Shown here: positions 19,253 to 28,914 of the stretch, in pieces
Layout: the number at the start of each line of letters is the position of its first letter
Numbering within the stretch: the first letter of the stretch is position 1
IMG/VR virus record: IMGVR_UViG_647533110_000001
DNA length: 64,000 nt
Reading direction: 5' to 3' (one strand)
DNA from: a virus
Lineage: Duplodnaviria > Heunggongvirae > Uroviricota > Caudoviricetes
The notes under the pieces: model-generated
Seen by the model: the letters and a program-made list of their open reading frames with translations, nothing else
Told to the model about the DNA's origin: nothing
The model's database searches: none
Position numbers and translations under genes: made by a program

Positions 19253-20425
19253 ATGAAAATAAAATTAGAAAGATTGATTATGAGAAACGATATAATATTC
19301 AAACGTTCCGTCCAATTTCGGGACCAAAATAAAAACAGTTGGACTGTAGATTTTGAGGTTTATAAAGAAGAATCTACTCGTATAAACCGTGAAACATTGC
19401 AAAAATTTAAACAAAGTTTCAGCGTTTCGGTATGTGGGGCTGGTGGTATGAGTGCTGGGCAATGCTACGATCATATAAATCCTCGTACAGAAGGACAAAA
19501 GAAACTTTTGGAATTTTGGAACAAATATCATCTAGGTGGTATGTCTGGCGGTACAGTTCGTCAAGATGAATATTTAAACGGTGAGCAATATGTTAACGAT
19601 TACAATTACTTTGTGGAGTTGTTTAAAACATATAATGAGCATTACCGTGAACAGTTTGATGATATTTCTTTTCAGATTCTTGTTAAGAATTTTAATATTA
19701 GTGACGCGGCTATAATACAGGTGAGAAATGTGCTTTATGAGAAAATGAGGAATAATCCCATTCAATATATCCTTGGATTGTCAAACAAATACTTCCATAC
19801 ATCTTCAGACTACAACGTAAAATGTTTCTTTCTTGCTATAAAAGGCTTATATGTAGATAATGGATATAAATATGGTAATGGCTGGTTATACAGTCCGCTT
19901 CCAGATAATATTGAAGAGATCATAAATAATATTTGTGACCTTGTTGAAGAAGAAGAAACTGCGTTAACAGAAGAACTGGAAGCGGTTTTTGACATGGGTA
20001 AAGAAGGGTTTATTGCCACAAAAGAAATCATCCAGCAAGTAATGGATTTACGTGAATGTGACGAAGATGAAGCCAAACGCTTTGTTGCATTGGGAGTACA
20101 TTTGGGATGTACATTCGGTGATTTGAATGATACATTTGAAGAATGTTCCTATGGTGAACAACTATACTGTGCAAATGGTATTGATTATTATATTGGCACG
20201 GAAGATGAACTGACCAATATAGCTAATGATATAGTATATAAAGATGATGAATATGCGTATTTATGGCGTGAATCTGTGGCGGCTCAAAGAACTACTGATT
20301 CATTGAGTGATTGGTTGGATTCAATCATAAATGAGGATGGTTGGTGCTCTGTGCTAAATCATTGGGATGGACGCTATGAGGAATATAAAATTGCCGGAGA
20401 ATATATTTGTGTTTGTAGGTCATAA
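19253..20425 (+). CDS. hypothetical protein
   Basis: 390-aa ORF, acidic. Confidence 0.55.
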   Translation: MKIKLERLIMRNDIIFKRSVQFRDQNKNSWTVDFEVYKEESTRINRETLQKFKQSFSVSVCGAGGMSAGQCYDHINPRTEGQKKLLEFWNKYHLGGMSGGTVRQDEYLNGEQYVNDYNYFVELFKTYNEHYREQFDDISFQILVKNFNISDAAIIQVRNVLYEKMRNNPIQYILGLSNKYFHTSSDYNVKCFFLAIKGLYVDNGYKYGNGWLYSPLPDNIEEIINNICDLVEEEETALTEELEAVFDMGKEGFIATKEIIQQVMDLRECDEDEAKRFVALGVHLGCTFGDLNDTFEECSYGEQLYCANGIDYYIGTEDELTNIANDIVYKDDEYAYLWRESVAAQRTTDSLSDWLDSIINEDGWCSVLNHWDGRYEEYKIAGEYICVCRS

Positions 20426-20439
20426 AATATTGAATTATC

Positions 20440-20808
20440 ATGGAATATATGGAGCATTCTAATTTTTACGCCATGTGTGATAAAATTAGAAAAATGGAAG
20501 CTAGAGAATTACATTTAGCATTGGAAGCTCATGGTGGCGAATTTGTCTGGATTAATGATGAAAACGATGAGGAAGAATTATATGACCCGCCTATAATCCT
20601 AGTCAACCTGAATGACGGACCTATGGATGTCGTGATCCATAAGGTATGGTTGAATGACGGATGCATTGAATTATCGGCTTTTGATAACGAATGGGGCAAC
20701 CAGGTAGATATTGAACTGGAGGATATTGTTCCTGGACACCTTGCATATCTTATAGAGTACATGCCTATCACCGACAAGGTAAAATCTGTGGCAATAAATA
20801 ATGATTAA
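20440..20808 (+). CDS. hypothetical protein
   Basis: 122-aa ORF. Confidence 0.45.
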   Translation: MEYMEHSNFYAMCDKIRKMEARELHLALEAHGGEFVWINDENDEEELYDPPIILVNLNDGPMDVVIHKVWLNDGCIELSAFDNEWGNQVDIELEDIVPGHLAYLIEYMPITDKVKSVAINND

Positions 20809-20983
20809 TATGGGGCACAAAAAGACGATTGATTATTGGAGACACCCGACCAAAAGGGAAATCAAGTTCGGTGAGGGAGCTATTCATTGGTTAACAGTGG
20901 ATATTGAGAAAGTTCAGAAGTCAGACGGAAGTTTGAAGAAATGGTTTATTCATACAGACGGACTAAGGTACAATCGACCATAG
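20801..20983 (+). CDS. hypothetical small protein
   Basis: 60-aa ORF overlapping the upstream stop. Confidence 0.3.
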   Translation: MINMGHKKTIDYWRHPTKREIKFGEGAIHWLTVDIEKVQKSDGSLKKWFIHTDGLRYNRP

Positions 20984-21118
20984 TTAAAGTGATGTCTGTA
21001 AAGCAAAGGCTGTTCTAACAAAATAGAGCAGCCTTTTGTGTTAAACAATGGTTAAAGTGGACAACTATTCACACCATATAAAACAATAAAATCTATTCAC
21101 ATTAAAACAGTAATAAAT

Positions 21119-21427
21119 ATGCCATTGAAAATTGAGAATATCAAGTTGGCAGGAACCAAGTTTGATGGTCGCGCTAAGTTGTCCCCAGAACAACGTCAGG
21201 CTATTCAAATTTTGGCCCGTGAAGGATATAGCCAAAGAAGGTTGGCTGCTATGTTCAATGTTAGCAAGCGGCTTATACAATCTATACTATCTCCTCCTGT
21301 TCGCAAGCACTCTAAACAATATCCAACAGAATATTGGACAGAGTTAAAACGGAAGTATCGAAAAAAGAAAATTGATTTATACAAAAATGGAAAGATCAAA
21401 TTTAATAACAAGCTGAAAAATAAATGA
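21119..21427 (+). CDS. small HTH DNA-binding protein, paralog of 15106..15429
   Basis: KLSPEQRQAIQILAREGYSQRRLAAMFNVSKRLIQSI aligns with 15106 product (~40% id). Confidence 0.5.
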   Translation: MPLKIENIKLAGTKFDGRAKLSPEQRQAIQILAREGYSQRRLAAMFNVSKRLIQSILSPPVRKHSKQYPTEYWTELKRKYRKKKIDLYKNGKIKFNNKLKNK

Positions 21428-21690
21428 AACGCAAGCGTATCAAGTATGTAGCTAACATTGATTTCGACTATCGTTCAATTACTGATGCAAAGCAACATAT
21501 AAAAATATTCTTGAAATCGCTTCTTTCGCAAATAGGGTTACAATCAGGAATAGACTATATCGTAACAGCTAACCATTTGCGAATTAGACATGTGAAAAAT
21601 ATTACAGGAAAAATAACTACCACACTTAAAGAGATATTCCCAGTATTCAATTTTTATTGGAAGACTCCAAGACTATTGGTGTGGTTCTAA
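21424..21690 (+). CDS. hypothetical protein
   Basis: 88-aa ORF, ATGA-coupled. Confidence 0.4.
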   Translation: MKRKRIKYVANIDFDYRSITDAKQHIKIFLKSLLSQIGLQSGIDYIVTANHLRIRHVKNITGKITTTLKEIFPVFNFYWKTPRLLVWF

Positions 21691-21717
21691 AATCAATATT
21701 AATAATAATTTACAAGT

Positions 21718-22416
21718 ATGGAAACGTATTCTATTTCGGTTTTAGGAGCCGACAAGAAACAGTATGAAATCGCAGATTTCAGAGCAAGAGGTATGAATTA
21801 TGCTAATGCTATTGGTATTATCGTAGAAACAGAATTTATGAGTCGTGTTTTGGCGTTTGACACTTGGCAAGAACAATGGGGAAATACTGATAGGATCTTA
21901 ACGGAAGAGCAGAATGAATCCGTTGCTATGCAAACTTTCTCCGGACTTGATCTAACCAAACGTATTGTAGAAGCACAAACTGATATTGATGGAATGACTG
22001 CCGCCAAACGCTGCTGGAACTATCAAAAAGGTGGCCTCCAGTGGTATTTGCCTTGTTTGATGGAGCTAGGAGTGCTTTGCGCATATCATGATGAGATAAA
22101 CAAAGCAATGAAAGAAATTGGATGTCCCGATGAATGTTTACTTCCTACAGAAGATTCTGATGCAACCTGGGTTTGGAGTAGCAGTGAGCGCAGTCAGGGC
22201 AACAGCTGGGGCGTGTACTTTAGTAATGGCAACTTCTACGGCAACTTCAAGTGCAGCAGTAGCATGGTGAGAGCGGTTGCAGCATTTCAGCCTTCGCCGA
22301 GCCTGTTGACAGGCGAGGCAAAAAGTAACGATTGTCTGCATAGTGACGAAGCTCTTATAAACATGTTACGTGAACGTGGTTATAAAGGCGAATTGACTAA
22401 GACCTTGACTATTTAA
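21718..22416 (+). CDS. hypothetical protein
   Basis: 232-aa ORF. Confidence 0.5.
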   Translation: METYSISVLGADKKQYEIADFRARGMNYANAIGIIVETEFMSRVLAFDTWQEQWGNTDRILTEEQNESVAMQTFSGLDLTKRIVEAQTDIDGMTAAKRCWNYQKGGLQWYLPCLMELGVLCAYHDEINKAMKEIGCPDECLLPTEDSDATWVWSSSERSQGNSWGVYFSNGNFYGNFKCSSSMVRAVAAFQPSPSLLTGEAKSNDCLHSDEALINMLRERGYKGELTKTLTI

Positions 22417-22469
22417 TATTATCGCCACCCATATTTGATATGGTATGGGTGACAGAATATTTTTGACAC

Positions 22470-22721
22470 ATGGAAACATTTAAAAAGATTATAAGACAAT
22501 ATGCACAAAGCGAAGTGTGTATGGGAGAATTGTTAGCTAATATTTCGGCAGATGGCATGTCTATTGAAGATGCTTTTGAATTGTATATAAAAGCTATGAA
22601 CTATGCTGAAAAAGATGAATTTTATCAATTAGCTGACGGAGAAGTGAAACTATTAACAGCTAAGAGTGAAGATGACAAACAACCTTTAAAACAATTGTTA
22701 GATTCGCTAAATATGTCCTAA
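22470..22721 (+). CDS. hypothetical protein
   Basis: 83-aa ORF. Confidence 0.4.
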   Translation: METFKKIIRQYAQSEVCMGELLANISADGMSIEDAFELYIKAMNYAEKDEFYQLADGEVKLLTAKSEDDKQPLKQLLDSLNMS

Positions 22722-22730
22722 TATATAAAA

Positions 22731-23363
22731 TTGAACATGAATAAATACTATTTTATAAATATTGGTGCTGAAGTAATATGGCACCCTGAAAATAGTGACG
22801 AGCAGAAAGTTGTGCAAATATGCACCTCGGTTTCTTATCCTGTTGAAAATGACACATTAGTTTCTCTAATTTTTTCTGATAAAAAAGGGAGTGTAAAAGT
22901 AAAGGCCGACGAATTAACTCCAAAATTGACTGACTTCAATCAAGGGTACTGGTGCGCACTTCAAGATGCAATAAGTAATGGTGCCTCTGATATGGTTATT
23001 CAGGAAATGCTACGCAGTGCCGGATTTACATACTGGGAATGTTACTGGCATATACAAAATTCTGATTTTCAGTCAGAAAAAATATGGTCGATTATTCGTG
23101 GGATGTTTTGCCAAAATCCAGATTATATTGATTGGAATGGTGCTGATTATCCAATAAAAACGGTAGTAATCTTTGAAAATACTCCTGATGAAGAAAAGGT
23201 GACTGTATCTGTAGAACGGTTAGCGCGACAATTATTAGATGATATGGGTAATTGGAGTACACGAGAAGCAGAATTTGTAGATGAACAGATTTATTTCTAT
23301 CTGGATGAAGATACCTTTAATATGCCTGATGAAGATATTGTAGAATACTTGGAAAAACAATGA
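22731..23363 (+). CDS. hypothetical protein
   Basis: 210-aa ORF, ATGA-coupled to the methyltransferase gene. Confidence 0.5.
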   Translation: MNMNKYYFINIGAEVIWHPENSDEQKVVQICTSVSYPVENDTLVSLIFSDKKGSVKVKADELTPKLTDFNQGYWCALQDAISNGASDMVIQEMLRSAGFTYWECYWHIQNSDFQSEKIWSIIRGMFCQNPDYIDWNGADYPIKTVVIFENTPDEEKVTVSVERLARQLLDDMGNWSTREAEFVDEQIYFYLDEDTFNMPDEDIVEYLEKQ

Positions 23364-24997
23364 AATTACTTTATATAGATTTATTTTGTGGTGCCGGTGG
23401 AACCAGCACAGGGGTAGAAAAAGCCCGTTTAGAGAATGAACAATGTGCTAAGGTAATAGCATGTGTAAATCATGATAAAAATGCGATTGCAAGTCATGCT
23501 GCTAATCATCCGGACGCTCTTCATTTTACAGAAGATATTCGTACACTAAATTTATCTCCTTTAGTTTCCCATCTACAAAAATGCAGAGCTGAATACCCTG
23601 AAGCATTGATAGTTTTATGGGCTTCGTTGGAATGTACTAATTTCTCGAAAGCTAAAGGTGGTCAACCACGAGATGCAGATAGTAGAACACTTGCAGAGCA
23701 CTTGTTTCGGTATATTGAGGCTATTAACCCAGACTATATTCAAATTGAGAATGTAGAAGAGTTTATGTCATGGGGAGATTTGGATGAGTACGGTAAACCC
23801 ATTAGTCGTGATAAAGGTAAATCTTATTTGAGATGGCTGGATAACGTAAGGTCTTATGGCTACAAATTTGAACATAAAATATTAAATTCAGCAGACTATG
23901 GGGCTTACACTTCTAGGAAGAGATTTTTCGGAATATTTGCGAAAGGGAGTTTACCTATTGTTTTTCCAGAGCAAACCCATTCTAAAAAGCCAGACCAAAA
24001 ATTAAAGAACTGGAAGGCAGTACGAGAAGTGTTAGACTTTGATGATGAAGGAAAAAGTATTTTTGGTCGGAAAACACCTTTAGTAGATTCTTCTTTATTA
24101 AGAATTTATGCAGGACTTATTAAGTTTGTAGCAGGTGGGAAAGATGCCTTCATGGTTAAGTATAACTCAATGAGTAAAGCTGGAAAGTACAATGCTCCGG
24201 GAGTTGAGGATCCATGTCCAGTAATATCTACTCAAAATCGACTTGGTGTTGCTTGCATAAACCGTTTAAATATTCTAACCGGAAAAGCATTTATTTCTGT
24301 TCATTATGGAAATGGATTTTGTAAATCTGTAGATGAACCAGCACCAACCGTAACAACAAAAGACCGATTTTCATTAATTTCTTCTGTGTTTATTGACCAA
24401 CAATACGGAAACAGTAAGCCTTCTTCACTGGATAAACCACTAGGCTGTATTACTGTTAATCCCAAATATAGCCTTGTAAGCTGTAAACCTTGGATTTTAG
24501 ATACAAATTTTAAGAATGTTGGCACAAGTATAAATCAACCGGCACCAGTAATTACCGCAAACCGTAAATGGCATTACTTGATGAATCCTCAATTTAATTC
24601 TGCTGGCGGATCTGTAGATAAACCTTGTTTTACGTTAATCGCTAGAATGGATAAGATGCCGCCATATTTGATTGAAGCATCTGGAGGGGGAGAGCTACCT
24701 GGCTTTATTAAGATGTTTCCAGAAGGATTGGTATATGAGATATATGACACAGATAGTGATGTAATGAAGAAAATAAAGGAATTCATGGCCATGTATGGAA
24801 TTTCCGACATAAAAATGAGAATGCTAACGATTCCAGAGTTGAAACGTATTATGGGATTCCCAGAAGATTATATGCTAATAGGAACAAAAGCAGAACAGAA
24901 AAAGTATATAGGAAACGCCGTAGAAGTTAATATGGCACGAGTTCTTTGTGAGGCATTATGTAAAATATTAGTAACAATGCAACGTAAGGTTGCGTAA
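23360..24997 (+). CDS. DNA (cytosine-5) methyltransferase, orphan
   Basis: motif I LFCGAGG, motif VI ENV, motif VIII SRKRFFGIF, motif X GNAV; motif IV reads SLECTNFS instead of PCQxFS. Confidence 0.75.
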   Translation: MKLLYIDLFCGAGGTSTGVEKARLENEQCAKVIACVNHDKNAIASHAANHPDALHFTEDIRTLNLSPLVSHLQKCRAEYPEALIVLWASLECTNFSKAKGGQPRDADSRTLAEHLFRYIEAINPDYIQIENVEEFMSWGDLDEYGKPISRDKGKSYLRWLDNVRSYGYKFEHKILNSADYGAYTSRKRFFGIFAKGSLPIVFPEQTHSKKPDQKLKNWKAVREVLDFDDEGKSIFGRKTPLVDSSLLRIYAGLIKFVAGGKDAFMVKYNSMSKAGKYNAPGVEDPCPVISTQNRLGVACINRLNILTGKAFISVHYGNGFCKSVDEPAPTVTTKDRFSLISSVFIDQQYGNSKPSSLDKPLGCITVNPKYSLVSCKPWILDTNFKNVGTSINQPAPVITANRKWHYLMNPQFNSAGGSVDKPCFTLIARMDKMPPYLIEASGGGELPGFIKMFPEGLVYEIYDTDSDVMKKIKEFMAMYGISDIKMRMLTIPELKRIMGFPEDYMLIGTKAEQKKYIGNAVEVNMARVLCEALCKILVTMQRKVA

Positions 24998-25012
24998 TTT
25001 AACAACAATAAT

Positions 25013-25231
25013 ATGGAAAATTTAAAATTTAATGTTGGGGATAATGTGAAAATTGTCTCTAATGATTTGCAACCGGCAATGGTTGGTAAAATTGGTCGAA
25101 TAAAGAAAGTGTATCCATCATTTTCTGAAGATTCAGATAACAATGTTCAGCCTTCTTACTTTTATCGCGTTGAAGTTGGAGGAGCTGTTTTAAAAGGTGT
25201 GGCTACCAATAACGATTTAGAAAAAGCATAA
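25013..25231 (+). CDS. hypothetical protein
   Basis: 72-aa ORF. Confidence 0.4.
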   Translation: MENLKFNVGDNVKIVSNDLQPAMVGKIGRIKKVYPSFSEDSDNNVQPSYFYRVEVGGAVLKGVATNNDLEKA

Positions 25232-25233
25232 CT

Positions 25234-25467
25234 ATGATGAAAATATTCAAAGAAATGAAAGGTAAGAAGTATATTGTAATAGCTTGGATTATAATTGCTT
25301 TTCAGTTATTGTTACCAATTAAGTGGTGGTATTATATATCCAAATTCATAGGCTGTAGCAATATTCTTTATTTACATATAGCTTTATCGGTTATAGGTAT
25401 TGCTATGCCCATAATATTTATAATTAAAAACAGAATATGTAATGAGAAAATATCGAGTGACGATTGA
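25234..25467 (+). CDS. small membrane protein
   Basis: two hydrophobic helices. Confidence 0.35.
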   Translation: MMKIFKEMKGKKYIVIAWIIIAFQLLLPIKWWYYISKFIGCSNILYLHIALSVIGIAMPIIFIIKNRICNEKISSDD

Positions 25468-25638
25468 TCTGGATGCTTTTGAAATAGTGGTTTCGGCTAA
25501 TAATAAAGCCGAAGCCAAAAGAAAAGCTATCGAGAGACTTCAAAGAAAGAAGATCACTTCCCTGATTCGTAAATCTTGGCCTAACAACAAGAAAGAGGTG
25601 TATGTTGATGAGAAGTAATTTGAAAATCAAAAGGAGAT

Positions 25639-26334
25639 ATGAGCAAAGATAATATTACAGAATCTGTGAATACCTGGGAAGATTTCTATCAAAGTCGTGT
25701 CTGTAACAACAGTTATGTGAATGTGTTTTGTAAAAAATACAACCGTTTTATAGAAGAAATAATTATCAATATACAACAAATATCCTACGACCTGAAAGCA
25801 CCTCTTATCTTAAAAGAGGAAGGATGTGGAATAGGTACTGTAAGCCTTGCTATTTCGCAAATAGGAGAGAGGTTGTTTAATTCTTTTAGATTAACCAGTG
25901 TTTCTAATACAAAGAAAATTTCAAAAGTTATCTTCTCAGACATCAATATTCCTATGTTGGATTTATGTTGCAAGAACACACTCTCAATATCCACGGATAA
26001 TTACTTAGGAAAAGTCCCATTGTTTTATGTTAAAGAGAATATTTGTGAACCTAAGTTTTTTGAATCATCTACAGTAGTGGTAACACATGGGGTCTTGGAA
26101 CACTTTTCAGATGTAGATATAACAAGAATCATGTCAACATATAATAATGATAAGGTTTTGTTTCAAGCTCATTATGTTCCAACTAGCCAATACACATCTC
26201 CTTCTTTTGGAGACGAACGTTTGCTGCCTATAGATTACTGGATCACATTAGTAAAACCGGATTATTATCTTCTTGATAATAATGGTAAAGATTTGTATAT
26301 GTTTAAAACTAAACCGGCACCGACAAGAAGATAA
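25639..26334 (+). CDS. class I SAM-dependent methyltransferase-like protein
   Basis: ILKEEGCGIGTVSLA (motif I-like), VIFSDIN (acidic beta-2 end), VVTHGVLEHF (Methyltransf_11-like). Confidence 0.45.
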   Translation: MSKDNITESVNTWEDFYQSRVCNNSYVNVFCKKYNRFIEEIIINIQQISYDLKAPLILKEEGCGIGTVSLAISQIGERLFNSFRLTSVSNTKKISKVIFSDINIPMLDLCCKNTLSISTDNYLGKVPLFYVKENICEPKFFESSTVVVTHGVLEHFSDVDITRIMSTYNNDKVLFQAHYVPTSQYTSPSFGDERLLPIDYWITLVKPDYYLLDNNGKDLYMFKTKPAPTRR

Positions 26335-26346
26335 GAGAGTCTATAA

Positions 26347-26583
26347 ATGATAAATTTTGAGAACATGGCAACTAATGTTAATAATGCGGAAAGATTAAGA
26401 AGTTATTTTCTTTCTCACAAACAAAGGGAAAATATTATCAATGTATGTAGAGCACGCCCAAATTGGGACGGTTGTGACTATTGTGACTTATATTCAGGTT
26501 CAGGGCTTCCATGTTGGAAGCAAGATGATAAACATAATTGTTGCAAATTAGAGGAAGTCAAAACAAAAAACAAGAATGTATGA
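26347..26583 (+). CDS. Cys-rich small protein
   Basis: CDYCD...CWKQDDKHNCC. Confidence 0.35.
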   Translation: MINFENMATNVNNAERLRSYFLSHKQRENIINVCRARPNWDGCDYCDLYSGSGLPCWKQDDKHNCCKLEEVKTKNKNV

Positions 26584-26735
26584 AAGAAAAATCAGAAACA
26601 AAAGATTTAGCAATGACACCTAAAGAACAGGAAATGGATTTGCGTAGATGGTGTGTGGAAGTATCGGTGAAAATCTGTGATAAAGAATCCATCATTGAAG
26701 TTGCCGAAAAACTGTACAAATGGATTACACAATAG
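26580..26735 (+). CDS. hypothetical small protein
   Basis: ATGA overlap with upstream stop; start MKEKSE. Confidence 0.3.
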   Translation: MKEKSETKDLAMTPKEQEMDLRRWCVEVSVKICDKESIIEVAEKLYKWITQ

Positions 26736-26787
26736 AAAATGACGTAAAGTCAGGTAGCAATAGTTGTGCACGCCCTGACTTTAAACA

Positions 26788-27006
26788 TTAGTCTAATTCA
26801 AAAACAACATGTCCTTTACCAGCAGCAGCTATGTTAATTAGCTCTGATGTTAATTTGCATCCTGCATTGGTACAAATGAGAGTTACGTTATTCTTTGACG
26901 CAGCCATAGCAATGTTGATTAGTTCTGAAGTTAGTTTTGATTTACAGTTAATCTTTACACTTCCACCTGCGTTGAGGATGTTGATAATTTCACTAGTTAA
27001 TTTCAT
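26788..27006 (-). CDS. small protein with three KLTSELINIA repeats
   Basis: internal triplicated 20-aa repeat; start chosen at internal Met. Confidence 0.4.
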   Translation of the reverse strand: MKLTSEIINILNAGGSVKINCKSKLTSELINIAMAASKNNVTLICTNAGCKLTSELINIAAAGKGHVVFELD

Positions 27007-27142
27007 AAACAATAATTTTTTAAATTCGACAGTTGTAAAAGTAGTAATAAAAAACAAAGGGCGCATCCATTTCAGCAATAATTTTAAAATTCGACACTTT
27101 ATTTTTATTAGGGTGTGCTCTTTAACTAATAAATGTATAGAA

Positions 27143-27454
27143 ATGAAGATAAGAATAGGAAAATCTTTTGATAAAGAAACAAATGAAGTCTTTTATCAGC
27201 TACAATTTAAATTGGATGGAGAACGGACCTATAACGCATATTCTTATGATGTTTTTAAAGAGGAATCTGACGCAAAAGAAGCTCTTAACAAACATCTAAA
27301 TGGTGAACGTGAATACACTTATTTTGTGAGTGCTGAAAAAGTTAAAAGAACAATCAAAGGGAACCGCGTAGATGTGAAAAAAGTATTAGCATTTCATGTT
27401 ATGTCAGCTAAATCAGATTTACCAGGTTCTCGTATCTGGGTGAAAATTAACTAA
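27143..27454 (+). CDS. hypothetical protein
   Basis: start at MKIRIGKSF, in frame within track ORF 26831..27454; the upstream part overlaps the minus gene. Confidence 0.45.
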   Translation: MKIRIGKSFDKETNEVFYQLQFKLDGERTYNAYSYDVFKEESDAKEALNKHLNGEREYTYFVSAEKVKRTIKGNRVDVKKVLAFHVMSAKSDLPGSRIWVKIN

Positions 27455-27473
27455 TAAAAAGATAGTAATAAAT

Positions 27474-27659
27474 ATGGGAACATTTATTTTTAGACTATGC
27501 ATTGATAATACACTTTGCTTAGTTACCGCTTTTGATAAAATAGAAGCAGAACACATGTTGGAGAAAAACAAAGGCATCATCTCAAAGGCCGAGTATTATT
27601 TTGTTGGGGTAACGAGCGGGGTGATTACTATTAGTAAAGATGGAAATTTAACTTATTAA
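27474..27659 (+). CDS. hypothetical protein
   Basis: 61-aa ORF. Confidence 0.35.
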   Translation: MGTFIFRLCIDNTLCLVTAFDKIEAEHMLEKNKGIISKAEYYFVGVTSGVITISKDGNLTY

Positions 27660-27668
27660 ATATCGGAA

Positions 27669-27902
27669 ATGAGTAAAAAGAGATTTACAGATGACCGTAA
27701 ACAGCTTTTAATACGGTATAAGATAGATGAAAAAGGATGTGTTTCTTTTATAGACCCCTGCTGCGATGAAATTCCAGTTTGCCTTTTCGGTAAGATAATG
27801 GAAGCTATATCAAATGTAGAACAAGAATGGAATTGTAGAATTGCTAATAAGGTCGACTCTCTTCTGCCTAATATTACATCCGAGAAACCAACACTCAGAT
27901 AA
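27669..27902 (+). CDS. hypothetical protein
   Basis: 77-aa ORF. Confidence 0.4.
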   Translation: MSKKRFTDDRKQLLIRYKIDEKGCVSFIDPCCDEIPVCLFGKIMEAISNVEQEWNCRIANKVDSLLPNITSEKPTLR

Positions 27903-27910
27903 GAATAAAT

Positions 27911-28300
27911 ATGAAATTCTGTGATTTACCGATTGATACTCAACAACGATTAAATTGCGAACGATTGAATTTACATAATCGTTCAATTAATAGTGCATAC
28001 GAAGTGCTATTGTATAATCAACCTGGTACTCGTTATTTTCATGCAAGACGTCATCAAAATTCGTGGTCTGATGATAAAGGTAACTATATGCCGTTTGGAG
28101 GTGGTTCTGAATGGACGCTGCAATATGGATGTATAGGTTTCTCTCGTAAGAAACAAGTAATGGGTTACGATTATGAATTATGTCGTGGCAAGACCTATTC
28201 TAAGTCTGCAAATGGGACAATTATTCCAGCTTCCGTAAAAACAAAGAAGGAAGTTTTGAGTATAGCAAAAGCGATTGGAATATTGAAAACATTGGTTTAA
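27911..28300 (+). CDS. hypothetical protein
   Basis: 129-aa ORF. Confidence 0.45.
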   Translation: MKFCDLPIDTQQRLNCERLNLHNRSINSAYEVLLYNQPGTRYFHARRHQNSWSDDKGNYMPFGGGSEWTLQYGCIGFSRKKQVMGYDYELCRGKTYSKSANGTIIPASVKTKKEVLSIAKAIGILKTLV

Positions 28301-28318
28301 TTAAAGTTGATATACAAT

Positions 28319-28444
28319 ATGGGTAAAACAATAGTTAATGAAATCGAGAAATGTACACAATGTCCGCATTGTACAATTCTTCCAGACCCAGAACCGTATG
28401 ATTGGTTTTGTGACGATGACGTAAAACTCTTCTGTGAAAAATAA
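28319..28444 (+). CDS. zinc-ribbon-like mini-protein (41 aa)
   Basis: MGKTIVNEIEKCTQCPHCT...; below ORF-track cutoff; fits the +-strand gene string better than minus ORF 28301..28747. Confidence 0.3.
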   Translation: MGKTIVNEIEKCTQCPHCTILPDPEPYDWFCDDDVKLFCEK

Positions 28445-28540
28445 AAAAGGACAGTAGCCGCTGCACTTCGACCCTACGAAAGTGACGAAGTTGATATTCC
28501 CAGTGATTGTCCTCTGGAATAAAATATAATAATAAGAAAT

Positions 28541-28678
28541 ATGAACGAAACATTGGAACAACAAATTAAACGTCTGGAATTCTGTCGTGATTGCATTGAC
28601 CAGTCTTATAAAGCTGGGAGAGATGAATACAATCGCCTTGAACGGATGATTGAAGAATTGAAAGAAAAACAAAAATAA
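28541..28678 (+). CDS. mini-protein (45 aa)
   Basis: MNETLEQQIKRLEFCRDCID...; below ORF-track cutoff. Confidence 0.3.
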   Translation: MNETLEQQIKRLEFCRDCIDQSYKAGRDEYNRLERMIEELKEKQK

Positions 28679-28699
28679 GAAAACACATAGAAGAAAGAA

Positions 28700-28912
28700 A
28701 TGATTATGGAAGTAAATAATGGAATAATAATTAATGGAGTTTTGCATGAGTTTGTCATACCGAGCGAATCCCCTTGTTTAGAGTGTTCTTTAAAGAATGA
28801 GTGTGGTACTTATTTAGGTGATAGGTTGTATTCAGATCCATGCGATGTTTTTAATTCATGTAGTGGAATATTTGTAATACGTGCCAAAGTAAAGATAGAA
28901 ACGGAGGATTAA
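28700..28912 (+). CDS. Cys-rich small protein
   Basis: 70-aa ORF. Confidence 0.4.
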   Translation: MIMEVNNGIIINGVLHEFVIPSESPCLECSLKNECGTYLGDRLYSDPCDVFNSCSGIFVIRAKVKIETED

Positions 28913-28914
28913 CT

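Noticed and set aside
21798-22341. Several 60-70-aa minus ORFs inside 21718..22416
   Set aside because: They are antisense to a longer, coupled + gene; typical shadow ORFs.
28301-28747. 148-aa minus-strand ORF
   Set aside because: Its composition is poly-F/L low-complexity (FFLLCVFLFLFFF). It runs antisense to two short + ORFs (28319..28444, 28541..28678) that fit the ATGA-coupled + gene string, so it is likely spurious.
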